Positions 38,266 through 50,633 of a DNA stretch of 64,000 bases are shown here, piece after piece. Below the pieces are notes generated by a model. It did no database searches and was not told the origin of the DNA. It saw only the letters and a program-made list of their open reading frames with translations. Each line of letters begins with the position of its first letter. Position 1 is the stretch's first letter. Made by a program: the position numbers and the translations under genes. Source of the DNA: Cyanophora paradoxa CCMP329 (taxonomy: Eukaryota > Plantae > Glaucophyta); the NCBI GenBank assembly GCA_004431415.1, contig QPMI01000010.1, forward strand, positions 372,001-436,000, read 5' to 3'.

Positions 38266-39144
38266 ATGAGCCTGCAGGGTTTTGAGTCGCTACGCAACCT
38301 TCTTGGGCGTAGCTGGAGCTCCGCAGGCCCCGATGCAGCCGCGCGCGCGTCCGGCGCTCGCGCTGGCGGGAAGCGCCCGCGAAAGAAGCAGCGCCTCGAT
38401 CTGGATAGCGGCGGCCTCAATGCGCTCCCCAGCCCAGTCAAGGAGCGCTTCTCGTTGATACAGCACGACGACGTGGCGGACGGTGCGCGTTCCACCGCAC
38501 CGCATAGCCACGCTGCCTGGCTTGTGACACGCTGCGAAGACGCGGCCGCGGAGGGAGGAGACGAGGACGCCGAGGATGCGGAGGCCGGGGACGGCGCAGG
38601 TGAGGAGGCCGACGGAGCCGGCGACACGGGCGCGGTGACCACGCCGCGGAAGCGCCTCCCGCCCACGTACTACCTCACGAACTTCTGGATCATCGTCGGT
38701 GAGGCGGCTCGCGCTTGCTATTGCATGCAAAGGAACGCAGGCGGGCGGCACGCGCGGCGATCTGATCGAAGCTGCACTCGCAGACACGGTGCTGGAGCGG
38801 GACGGTCACTTGTTCCTCGAGGAGGAGCGCGCGCAGATCGAGCTCCTCCGCTCGCTCTCGGAGCGCGCGCGCCGCCTCTTCGTTCGCATCTACAACCGCA
38901 AGGCGAGCCGCCCGGGCCCGGGCCCCGGGCCGCGCGCGTCCCCGCCTTGAATTCGAACGCCGCGCGCCGTCGCTCGCAGGGCCCCTGGCTGCGCATCGCG
39001 TGGCTCTCGTACGCGGAGATCGACGACGTGGAGGCGGCCGCGGAGGAGCTGGTCGCCTCCGGGCTCCTCGCGCGGCAGTTCTCCCCCGCGGAGGGGTACG
39101 CCGTCAAGGCGGGGCCCCTCGCCCTCGCCCTCGCCCTGGCGCCG

Positions 39145-39176
<32 letters not shown>

Positions 39177-42100
39177 CCTGGCGCCCGCCGCGGCGCGCGT
39201 GAATGTTGTACCCGAGGACCTCCTCTCCGCCCTCCGCGTTGGAGAGCTTCGGGAAGCGCTCTCCCGCGCCGGCGCCGGGGGCGGCGGCGGCGGCAGCGGC
39301 CCGCGGGCCTCGGGATCGAATCCCGGAGGGCGCGCCTCCTCCTCTTCTTCGTCCTCCTCCTCCGCTTCGGCTCAGGCTCTGGCCTCTGCTTCGGCTCCCA
39401 ACCCCGCCCAGGTCAAGAGGGGCCTCCTGGCCGACCTCAAGAAGGCCTGGGCGAGGCAGGGTACCCTGGGCCTGGGGCGGAACGCCACGGTGCGCGCCGT
39501 ACCCCTCCCCGACCCTTCCCGCCCCTTCCCGACCCGCCCCGTCCTGCTCCCGTCCTGACTTGTTCGTTCGTTCGAAGGCGGATCCCGTTCTGAGGGCACT
39601 CGCGTCGATGACGGGGCCCGTCGTGCGCGTGCACCCCTCCTTCGCCGAGGTACCCCCTTTCCCCTTCTTCCCCCCCCCTCCGCCATCTCTGATCCGTGAC
39701 CCGGTACCCCCCCCCCCGTCAGATTCTCGGGAGGGTACGGCGCCTCTTCTTCATGAACGAGTCGCAGGACGCGTCCTCGCTGGTCCTCCAGTCCAAGGCG
39801 CGGTACCCCTCTTGCTCTGCGGCTCGTGTACCCCTCACACGGGCCTCCCAGGGCCGCGTGGTGTACGCAACCTACGTGGTGCGCCGCGCCCCTGTACTCC
39901 CATTCACCTCTGTACCCCCTTCCCGAGCCGCCCGCCCGCCCAGGTGCGGAGGGACACGTCTGTTTTCGGATCCCGGGCGGACCTTTTGGAGTACGAGGAA
40001 GCGCTGAGGGCCGCCGGCCGATTCGAGGTGCGCCGCCGCCGGTCTCTTCGTTTCGGTACCCCCCTCACGGGTACGCAGGCGGCGGTGACGGAGGTCGAGG
40101 CCGGGGGGGAAGATTCAACCGCCCTCGTCCTTGCTGAGGAGGCGGTGCGCGGGGGGGAGAAGCTCCGGGGGGTACGTCGTTTTTCGGGGTGCTGAAGGGT
40201 ACCTCCGAGCAGGTGCGGGTGCTGGCGGGGCGGGCGGCGCCCGCGGCGCCCGCGCTCGAGGGGGCCAGGGCGGCCCCTGCACTGGAGGGGGGAGTGAGCG
40301 CCGTGGGGGTAGTCGAGATCCTCGACACGGACAGCGAGGGGGAGGGGGAAGGGGAGCGAGGGGGCGGGCGGGGGTCAAGTGCGGGGCCCGGGCCCCCGCC
40401 GCCCCCGCCGTCCGATCCGCCGCCCGCGCCCAGCGGCGCCCTCGTACCCTCCGAAGGCGAGCGAACGTTCCCCTGTTCCACCCCCCCCCGCCCCCCCCCC
40501 CACCCCCTTTCCGCCTCTCCGACCGCCTCCGCAGTACCCGTCGCGGCCTTCGCCTCCCCCTGGGACACTGGGCCGGTCCGCCATCGCCCCCCCCCCCCCC
40601 CCACTTCTCCCCCTCCCCTCCCCTCCCCTCTCGAACCTTCCTGTACCCCCCAGGCCGCTTCACTGCGGGCTGCGTGGCGGCGCACGTGCTCACGGTCGCC
40701 GTGTCCCTCCGCGAGCGCCGCCGCGAGTACAGGCGAGCGCGCGCGCGGGCGACGTACCCCCCGCCCCCCCCCCCCCCCCGTAATCTTCCCGAAGGGAGGC
40801 GGTGGCCGCGCTGCGGAGGCTGCTGGAGGGGCCGTACGCCCCGGGCCGCCGCGGTGCGCCCTCGCCTCGCCTGAGCTCGGCCCACCCGACTCCAGATCCC
40901 CTCGGGGCCGCCCGCGCTCCTTCGCTTCTCGTCGCAGAATTCCGACGCCCTCGGCTCGCCCGCAGGCCGCTGGTGGCTCCGCCTCGCCGTCGACCTCGAC
41001 CACCTCGGCCGCAAGGTGCCGTACCCCCCTCCGGACCCTGGCCCGGGCTCGCACGGCACCGCGTACCCCCCGGCCGACCCCCCACCCCAGGAGGAGTCGC
41101 TGCAGGCCTGCGAGGGGGGCCTGGACGACGTCTGGACGCGCTCCGGCGAGCGCGTAGCCCTCGCCCGCAAGGCGCGTACCCCTCTTTTTTCTTTTTTCGC
41201 GGCTTTTTTATCGAGCTTTTGTTTTCGCCCGCGCAGCTGGTGAGGCTGTGGCGGCGCCCGTTGCGGTGGCGGTCCGTACCCCCCCGCTTCGCCGCGATCG
41301 CCGCCGTGCGGAATCCCAGGTTCGAATCCCGCCGGCAAGGTTTCGCTCCCGTTCTCATTCCGGGTCGCCCTAGGGAAGTGCGAGTCCGCGGACGGCCGCT
41401 GGAGCAGGCGGGGGGTACTGCCGTCGGCGCCCGCAGGCGCGCTGCGCCGCCAATCTCGATCCTTTTGCGTACCCCCTCCCTGACGCCGTACCCTGCAGCC
41501 GCTTCTGGGGCTGGGACGACTCAATCGTGTCTGTCGAGGCGCGGGGCTACCCCCCGCCGATTCGTTCCCCCCTCCCCCGTCCCGCCTCCTGACGCCAGTA
41601 CCCAGGAGCTGGCCCTGCAGCACTACGCCTCCGAAGCGGGCGGCGCCTGGAGGGGCGAGCACTGCGAGTCCGGCGTCTTCCTTACCCTCTTCGGGGTACG
41701 CTCAGCGTCAGCCCGCGCCTTCCGGGTGTACGCCGTCCGAGAGGGGGGTACGCGGCCGCAGCTGCTCGCGTGGGACGTTCTCTTCGCAGACGTACCCAAC
41801 GTCTTCGCATCCCCCTTCCAGGTAGGCGGGGGTACCGGATTCGCGATTTTTCGCGGCCTGATTCCCGTACCCCTCACGCAGGACGCCCCGCTTGACCTGA
41901 CGAGCGATTCCTTCTACCCCGCCCGGTGCGAGGCGCCCGTGCCCACCTTGCGCCCCCCTTTGTTCATTTTAATGTTTTTATTCTATTCATTAGGTACGAG
42001 CTGATCCTACGGATGCTGGAGGAGGTTCGTACCGGGGACCTCTCCGCAATGCTCGAGGCCTCCTGGAGCTCCCAAAGGGGTACGTGTACGCGCACTTGGG

Positions 42101-43227
42101 GGTACCGGGTACGGGGTGCTGGGCTTACGCGCGGGGCAGGCGTGCGGTGCAGGGGCGTGAACTGGGACAGGCATACCCTCGAGCAGCTGCAGGTATCCCC
42201 CCGCACGTTCCTCTTCACGAACTTCCCTAAATCCGGTCGCCCCTTCAGGAGATGGCGACGTGCATCGGGGGTACCGTCCTCTCCGGCATCTTCCGAGTGC
42301 TGTGCGAGGACTACGCCCACTGGCGCGCCCTGCACCCCCTTCCTAGATCCTCTGTGTACCCCTCCTTTCCTTTGACCTCGCTCCCCCGCAGGTGCTCGGG
42401 GATGCCGGACCTCCTTCTCTGGCGTACCCCCTCCACCCCGGGGGGTAAGTTACATCATCGACCCTCTACCCTCCCCCCACTTGCTTTTGAGCTGAGCCGC
42501 GTACCCCCGACCCGGCAGAGCGCGGCCGCGCGAAGCTCGTCGAGGTCAAGGGGCCGAACGATCGGCTCTCGGACCGGCAGCGCGCCTGGATAGACCACCT
42601 CCTCGCTGAGGTCCGCGTACCCCGCCGGAGAACGAGCGTCCGCGTACCCTCTGCCGACCGGGGGTACAGGGTGCGGACGTGGAGCTCTGCCTCGTGGGGC
42701 CCGACGCGCCGGAGGCGGAGGAAGGGGTACAGCGCGCCGCCGCGCGGGCCGCGCTACCCGCGCCCCTTCGCCCCTCGTGCGGCCTCTTGATCGCTTCGTT
42801 CGCTTCTCGCCCCGACCTGATCTCGATCCCGTACCCCCCAGCGCCTCCTCTCCCCCCGAGGTGCTCGACGAGGAGGCGATCGAGCGCCTGTACCGCGCCC
42901 AGTCCGCCGCCTCGGCAGACGCGGTAGACCCCTCCCTTCCTAGCCTGACCGGTCGGCCTGTACCCCCCGTTCCTCACGTACCCCGTCGCTCAGGCGAAGA
43001 GTTGGTGGGCGAGCGTCGTGACCGCCCATTCGCGCGCCTCGGCGGGCTCGGAGGAGGGGGGTACGGAGAGCTCGAAAGGGAGGGGTACGGCGAATTCGAA
43101 GGCCCGGCGGCGCAGCGGGTCGCCGGGCACAAGCCCCAAGGGGGCGGCGGCGGGGGACGGCGCCGGCGCCGGCCCCGGGGCCCCCGCGGCGCCCTCCGCC
43201 CCCGTTTGCATAGTTCTGGATGGGTGA
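38266..43227 (+). CDS. FAN1: Fanconi-associated nuclease 1 (VRR-NUC), multi-exon
   Basis: YYLTNF, RRLFVRIYNRK|GPWLR, RWWLRLAVDLDHLG, WRGEHCESGVFLTLFG|LLAWDVLF..FQ|DAPLDL, GVNWD, SGMPDLLLW, LVEVKGPNDRLSDRQRAWID (PD-(D/E)xK). Confidence 0.95.
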
Positions 43228-43779
43228 GGCCGTGACGTCGACGTCACGGTCCGATCCAATTGGGCGCTGCGCAGGCTGCGCGGCTGCGCGGCTGCAGTGC
43301 AGCTCAGCGACTGTAGGCCCCGGGCCCCTTGCGTGGGCAGCACTGCAGTCACTGAGTGGATCATGATTTTGCCAAGATCGCAGTTCTTTCAAAAAGACAT
43401 ACATTTACATACACGCATTCGGATGATACTTTTACATATACGCATTCGGACCTACAGATCTAGAATAGTAGCCAAAGCAATTAGGCGCCTTCAATGCAAC
43501 GGAAGGGCCCGGAACTGGACACGCAATCGAGCTATAAATTACTGGGCACATTTCCTGAATCGCGGCCTAAAAACTTCAGACTGCAGCTATGGCATTCTAA
43601 TTGAAAAAATGTGCAGGCGACGCTGACATGCGGAGATACATCTACGCCCTCAAAGAACTGCTGGAAAAAACCCTGCAGAATGAACAGGCTTGTAGAGACA
43701 AAGGACCCTGCGAAACTGCGTCCTTCCGGACTGGAAAAAGGTGAGGTGAGGAGCCGGGGCGCTAGCTCCTAGGAGACGC

Positions 43780-46359
43780 CTAGGGCAGGAGTGGCTCGAA
43801 GGGGGCCGCGTCGTCCATGCTGAGGCAGCGGGGGATGGACTCCCACCCGTCCCATCGGTCCACGAGCGGCGACGGCGGCGGCTGTGCCTCCGCGGTGGTA
43901 GTAGTAGTAGGAGTGGTCATGAACGCGTCCATCGGATCGGGCCCGAACTGGAACAGCGATGGGGTGGAAGGGCCTGGCGGAGGCGGGGGGAGGGGGTCAG
44001 GGCGGGGCGCCGCGGCGGGGCGGGGCGGGGTGGGGCGGCCGGGACGCTCACCGCTGCTGCAGTCGAGAAATTCCGGCAGGGAAACTATGCATGGACCGGC
44101 GAGGGAGGGGATGCGGGCGCCGGGGCAGGCGGCGAGCAGCTGAGAGGCGAGTTCCTCCAGGTCGATTGGGTCGCTCGGCGCGGCGCCGGCGGCCCCCTGC
44201 AGGGTGCTCGAGGTGGGGGTACGAGGCCGTTCCGCTGCCGGGGCGTCGGTGGCCGTCCGTGCGTGCGCAGAGCGCGCGGAGGGAGGGAGGGCGCGGACCG
44301 GCGGGGGAGTCGAGGAGGGCGGCGGCGCAGGCGGCGAGCAGTTCGGAGGTGACTTCGTACTCCGCGATCGCGAACTCCAAGCCGAGGTCCGCTGGCACAA
44401 AGGGCGGCAGAGCGCCGGGCGCGCCGGCGGTCGGCGGCGAGTCGCCCAAACCTGGCGGGGTCTGTCTCAGGACGGGCGGCCGCGGGCTCCGAGCGGGGCG
44501 GGCGGGCGGGCGGGCGGGGCCTCACCGGCACCGCGCGGCTCGAGGTCGATGGGGTCGCTCGGCGAGGCCCCGAGGCCTCGGCCCGCCCCGCCCTTGGCGG
44601 CCGCGGGGGTGGCCTCGGGCTGCGATGGGCGCGAGGGGCTCGGGGCGAAGACGTCGGCGCCGGCTGCTCCCCGCATCAGAGACGCCTCGCATCCCTTGGG
44701 GAAGGGCGAGGCGCACCTGTGGTGACGGGGCCCGAGACAGACGAGGCGACGAATGGCCGCTTGCCGGCACGGCCCTTCCAAGGGCCCGAGCCTGCACGCC
44801 CGGAGTCAGGCCTTGAAGGGGGCAGCGCACACGCCACGCAAACGAACCCTCGGCCTCCTCGGCGCGGCGGCGCTTGCCGGCGCTCGAGGGCGCGGCTCCG
44901 CTCGATGTGCTCGGCCCTGCCAGCAGCGCACCGGCCTGCTGCTGGTGCTGGTGCTGGTGCTGGTGCTGGTGCTGCTGGTGCTGCTGCTGCTGCTGCTGGG
45001 CGTCCGCGGCCCCTGTTAAAAGAACGTCAGCTGTGGCCCGCTACGAGAAACCAGCATGACGGAGGTTCAGCGCACCAGCCCCGTTGCCGTTGCTACCCCC
45101 GGGCGCCGGCTCCTCGTCTGAATCGAAATCGAACAGCTCTGAGGCGGAAAAAGATTGTCAGCGCGGCTCTCACAGCTGTTGCTGAAGGGGGGGGGTGGGG
45201 GGTACCGTCGGGAAGAGGCGGGCTCGCAGGCGCTGGCGCCCGCGCCCCTGCGCCCCTTGTTAGGGGCTGAGCGCGTCATAACGAGGCGGCTTTCAACTAT
45301 CCACTAAAAGGGGCGGCCGGGGGGGGGGGGGTGGAGGGGGAGGGGGGGGGAAGAAAGAGAAAAGGAAAGGAAAGAAAGGAGAACGTGAAAGATACGACGC
45401 AGTTACAGCGAGACTGAGGCCGCGTTGGCGGTACCTCTAGAGCTTGGGCCCATTAAGGGCCAGTACTCCTCGCCTGAAAATTGCCACTCCACAAACTCGG
45501 AAAACCGCACACTGAAAAATCCTCTGAAAGCAGGCAAAGCGGGGAGGCCAGAAAGGGGCTCGCTAGACAAGCTTCACCTTTCCACTTCCAGATGCTCTCG
45601 ACGACCAGCACGTGTCTCGCGTCGCAGCCAACGAGCTCGTAGCCAGTGGCCGTCGGGATGGCCAGGAGCAGCCTGCATGCGGGTCACGCAAGCCCGCAGA
45701 GAGCACCGCAGAGAAGATAAGAAGAGAGCGTGTTACCGGTAGAGGAAGACCGCGCTGCCGTTCTCCTGGCTGACCCGGTTGATGTGTCCCGTCACGCGCC
45801 CGTCGGCGGGGACGACAAGGTGGCCGCCCTCGCGCTCCTTCAGAGTCACGCCAGCGCACGGAGCGGTGCTGAGGAGGTCGGGATCGGACGCGAGAGCTGC
45901 CTCTGCGGAGGCGCGGTCAGCGGCGAGCGGCGTTGCAATGAAGCGAGAGAACGAACGGATGGACTGCGGGAGCGCCAGGTTGTACGGCGCCCCGATGCGC
46001 TGTACGAGGACGACCATGTTGCAGGGAAGCGGCTGGCCCGGGTGTGCGGCCTTGACCTGCGAGTCGCGGGTAAGGCGCGGAGTGGGCGGCTGGAGCGTGT
46101 AGCGCACCCTGAAGCGGGTGTCGTGGTGCTTGGCCACGACGACGGGGACCATGTTGGCAGCATTAATAGCATCGATGGCAGTCCCGATGTTGTGGAAAGC
46201 GTTCATCGCCTTGCCGCCCTTCTTCGCCTGCTTCTCCGCGAGGAAAACGTCCAAGGGCTTGTAGGCCGCAGCGTGCTCGTGAATAAGCTCCTTCGAGCAG
46301 GACTTGCCCGTCCAGGGGCGGAATGTTATCGAGACGGTAAACGGCAAGGCCATCTGCAT
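43780..46359 (-). CDS. Uncharacterised protein, tandem paralogue A (globular N-terminal domain plus acidic/Pro-rich tail; putative transcription factor)
   Basis: MALPFTVSITF..PGQPLPCNMVVLVQRI..PQSI|RASAEAALASDPDLLSTAPCAGVTLKEREGGHLVV..VFLYR|LLLAIPTATGYELVGCDARHVLVVESIWKWK. Tail carries PIDLE motifs and ends ..FEPLLP*. Confidence 0.7.
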
Positions 46360-46631
46360 GAGAAGCCGTCAGCGCGAGCGCGGCCGCGCAGGAGACGCAA
46401 TGTGATTCTCGAACCGTGACAGTTGAGCTGCAAAGAAAGAAGAAGATGCTGCCCAGGGGCGGTCAAATGGTCGAGGTGAATGCTCCCGCCGCGCAGCTCC
46501 AAGTGCAGAGATGCTTCAGCGCTGCTGTCGGAGATGTGAAGTCAGTGCCGACTGCTGCCGAGTGTGTGCAACGGGCTGACAGCAGAGGTATGAAAGGTCG
46601 GCACCGTCAGCTGACCGCGAGTACAACTTGT

Positions 46632-46701
46632 CAGCTGACCAGGGTTTTCAACTGTACCCCCCGCGTTGCGACAGGTGTAATAGCGCTGGCGCTGCGGCGT
46701 C
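46632..46701 (-). pseudogene. Possible decayed tRNA-Asp copy at the position syntenic to 50102-50173
   Basis: Patchy similarity (CC.GCGT..CAGGT.TA.T..CGCT..CT.C.GCG.C) upstream of paralogue A, next to a 15-bp motif shared with paralogue B's upstream region. Confidence 0.3.
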
Positions 46702-47048
46702 GCCGCCTCACCGCGGCCCGCGGGTCCTTCTCCAGAGTGAGGCTCTCATGCGGGGATGTACAATGTAGCAGGCAATGCGCGCGATATCAATTCCCGACAT
46801 TTACGCGACCTGACCTAAACAAACGTGCACAAGAAGAGGAAGCTTCGTTCCCCGATGCGAGCTCTCGAGGCCCAATTGCAATCTACTATCTAGAAGCGCT
46901 GAGAGCCGGGGCCTAACTAAACACTGCACATGCGAACATCCAAGGCTGCAGCCGGTCGCGTTCAACCGTTCTGTCCGATGGGCCGCGCGCGGCTCGCGAA
47001 CTGCAAGCAAGTGCAGGCCTAGGCACGGCCCGCGGGGGCATGCGCGGC

Positions 47049-49805
47049 TCAAATCGCGCCGGGCAAACGGATGAGCGAGGAAGCGGAGTAGACGTTGAGC
47101 ACGCCGGGGGGCAGGGGCTCCCCCTCGAGATCGTCGCTGGCGACGGGGAGGGCGCCCCCCTCGCGGGCCGGGGAGGGCCAGGCGACGCTGGGCGGCGAGC
47201 TCGGCCGCGGTGGCGTCCTCAGCACGCCCAGCAGCTCCAGCTCGTACGTAAACAGGAGCGACCCCGGGACCGGGGCTGGCGGGGGCGGCGTCACGGCGGT
47301 GCGGGGGCTGGACGCCTCCAGGTCGATGGGGCTGCTCGGCGACGCCCCGAGGCCCGCGCCGCCCTCGCCCACGATGCTTGGCGCTGCCCGGGCGCTCGAA
47401 GTCAGCGGGGGTACACAGGGCGAACCGGGTCGGCGGGGGCGGACCGGCGGGAGAGGCAGGGCCAGCGTCGGCGAAGGCCGTCGAGTTGGGGAAGTGGTCC
47501 ATGAACGTATCCACGAGGTCGAAGTCGAAGCCGAGGTCTGCTGGGCGCTGAGCCCACGGGATGAATCCGCAAGGGCCAAGACCGTGCGCGCGCGTACCCA
47601 TGGCGGCATGGAGGGCAGCATCCTCAAAATCGGCGCCCGGGGCCGCAGCACCGTCCCCGGGGGCGCCCGCGTGCTCGCCCGCCCCCGCGGCGCCGCCGCC
47701 GTCGCAGACGCTGCCGAGCCCGTCGTCGTCGTACCCCCCCTGGTCCTCGACGGGGACCACGGGCCCGGGCACGCCGGCCTCCTCCTCGTCCTCCTCGTCT
47801 TCTTCTTCGAGGCCTGCTCGGGAATGTCAGCGACGAGGCGAAGCGGGTGGGGCGCACGCGACGAGACGAGGAAGGCGCACGGTCTGGGCTCTGAGGATCT
47901 GTGAGGCCCGCGGACATAACGGCGGCGAGGACGGCGCCGGCTGCTCCCCGCGTCAGAAGCGCGCGTCTTTGGGGGCGGGGGTCTGGGCGCACGGGTAGGC
48001 CCAGTAGGCGAAGCTGACGCGGCGACGAAAGGCCGCTTGCCGGCGCGGCCGCCCCAGGGGTCCGTGCCTGCGCGCCGAGTCAGACGCGGCCCGCGGTCCG
48101 GGGAGCGTCCGCGCCGCGCCACGCAAACGAACCCTCAGCGTCCTCGGCGCGGCGGCGCTTGCCAGGCGCCAGAGCGCCGACGTGCCCCTCCTCGTCGCTC
48201 TCGCTGCCATCGCCGACGACGTCCTCGTCCTCGTCCTCGTCCTCGTCAGGGTTCTCGTCGAGGGCTGCGCGGGCGAGGTCAGCGACGAGGCGGGAGAGGT
48301 CGGAGATCGCAGCTTGAAGGCGCACGGAGCGGGTTCTGAGGATCGGCGGACTGCGCAGGGCGCGCGAGGCCTGGCGAAAAGAAGAACGTCAGCGAGGGCG
48401 CGCAACCTTAAACGGAGGTTCAGCGCACCTTCCTCGCTGTTCTCGTCCTCCCCGTCCAAATCGAGCTCCTCCTCCGAATCGAGCTCATCCAGCGCTGGAA
48501 ACGAGCTCGTCAGCGCCGCCCTCAGGGCTGGGAAGGGATCAGGCACCTTCGGGAAGAGCGGGGCTCGCCGCCGCCGGCGACCCTGCGCCCCGCCCACCAG
48601 GACATTTAGCGGCGACTCGGAAAACGAGCGAAGGGCGCAAAGCTCTCAGCAATCGCCGAAGCTGAAGACCGTACTATACGAAAATAGCTACGAAAGAAAT
48701 GGTGTCGCAGCGATATTGGGCCAATTCAAGGCCTCGGATCTAGCACTGGAACCCCTCGAAAGACCGTCGTCTTGAAAAAAAGAAAAGGGAGCTGAGAAAA
48801 GGAACTAATCACGGGTTACGTCTCAGCTAGCGAGCCCTTCGGGAAAACCTAGAGTGTTTCCAAAGGCTGCCGCTTCAGTCCCCTCTAGTGAAGAGCCTGG
48901 CGGAACGCGGGGGTGACATGTAATGCCGCACGGGAGTGGCGGGAGGGTGTGCGTTGCGCGCGGGGGTCGCCTCGAGGGTTTTGGGTGGCCGCCTTGTTTC
49001 GTTTCTTAAAGATGCTCTCGACGACCAGAACGCGCTTAGGATCGCAACCGACGAGCTGATAGCTGTTGCCGGAGGGGTGCTGCGGTGACACGGCAGCCAG
49101 GAGCGGGCTGCGAACGGATCGCGCAGGGCGACGCACACAAGGCAAACATTGAACGGCTTACCGGTAGAGAAAGACATCACCAATCTTGTCTTGGCTGGGC
49201 CGGTTGACGCGCCCGGTAAAGCGCACGAGCGCTTGGCTCGTAACTTCCACGACGAGGTGGCCGCCCTTGCGCTCCTTCAAGGTCACACCACCGTACGGAA
49301 CCGTGCTGAGGAGTTCGGGATCGGACGCGAGAGCGGCCTCTGCGCAGGCGCGGTCAGCGCGAGCACTGAGCGCGAGAACCAAGAGAACGAACCGATGGAT
49401 TGCGGGGGCAAGAGATCGGACGGATCTCCTACGCGTATGCGGTGGAGGAGGACGACCAGCTTCATGGGAAGAGGCTGGTCCGGATTGACACGGACGACCT
49501 GCGAGGCGTAGCAGTGAGAGGCGGCTTGGAAAAGAGGAGCGAGCGGAGCGCACCGTGAAGCGGAACTGATTGTGCATGGATGCGACAGTGATTTCAACGT
49601 CGGCCAGGTAGGCGGCTGCCGTGGCGGCGATGAACTGGGAGAACGAGTTCCTCAATTTGCCGCTTTTCTTCCGTGACATCTCATCGAGGAACTCATTGAG
49701 GTCCCGAGAAGGTGTTTTGTGCTGCTGGATGAGTGCTGACTTGTGCTGCCTCGCGTTGCAACCGGTGACAAGAAACTCGACCTTGAGGTCGAAGGCGTAG
49801 GCCAT
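47049..49805 (-). CDS. Uncharacterised protein, tandem paralogue B
   Basis: MAYAFDLKVEF..PDQPLPMKLVVLLHRI..PQSI|RACAEAALASDPELLSTVPYGGVTLKERKGGHLVV..VFLYR|PLLAAV..YQLVGCDPKRVLVVESIFKKRNK. Intron positions match A. Acidic tail DFDFDLVDTFMDHF, PIDLE. Confidence 0.7.
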
Positions 49806-50101
49806 CTGCGATCCGGAAAGCCTTGTAAGCTAACTTGCAGTCGCATAAGAGTACGCGGATGAAGGCTTACCGCCCAGAGTGGCAGAATGGTCGAGGTGAA
49901 AGCCCGAGTTACGTATGAAGCCTGTGCACCGCAGGGGTCGATGGCGCCGAGGGCTCCACGCGCCGCAGCTGTACGAGCGCTGCAGCCGGGCGGGTCGCTG
50001 GTTGGCCGGGTGCGTTCGTGTGGAATGGCGCCTCTTTTCGAAAAGAGGGTACGGGCGAGTGCGCCCGGGTACAGGCACCGGGGGTAAGGCGAGGGCAAAA
50101 G

Positions 50102-50173
50102 CGCCACTGCCGGGAATTGAACCCGGGTCACCTGCGTGACAGGCAGGTATACTGACCGCTATACTACAGCGAC
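50102..50173 (-). tRNA. tRNA-Asp (GTC), 72 nt
   Basis: GTCGCTG/CAGTGGC acceptor stem, anticodon arm CCTGC-CT-GTC-AC-GCAGG, T-arm GGTTCAATTCC, discriminator G, TTTT Pol III terminator just downstream. Confidence 0.97.
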
Positions 50174-50633
50174 GGTTGAAGGTCGAACGGACCCAAGGTA
50201 AGGCTTAGATGCAAAAAGCTGAGTTGCGTAAGCGCGCGAGTCAGCTGCGACGATCGAGCTCCACACTTGAATTCGACCGACGAACATACTGCAGAGCGAG
50301 CGCGTCGGCGCATCCAGCGCGCAATATTTTCGAGGCGCCGACGAGTTGGCGCCGCGCCGGCCCTGCGCGGCGTTCGCGCTTGCCGCCGCATCACCGACCG
50401 GCTGGCAGCGTGTAAAGCGCCGGTCGCTTCATTATATCGCCTGCGCCGCTGGTGCGTCGAACAGCGGTTCGGGTAACTGGCGCCGGCCGCGTGCACGGCA
50501 TCGCGTGGATCCAGCGCTCTTAGAACGACCCGCCGCATTCGGCGCTCCCCCAGCCGGCCTGAGTGCGGCTTTTCGATTGAACAACCGAGCTTTTCAGCCG
50601 CAGCGTCGAGTCGGCCTGAGCTCTCTGGCTGAA

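Noticed and set aside
44936-45000. (GCT/GGT)n tract read as CWCWCW or LVLVLV on the plus strand
   Set aside because: It is a simple repeat encoding an Ala/Pro linker in minus-strand paralogue A.
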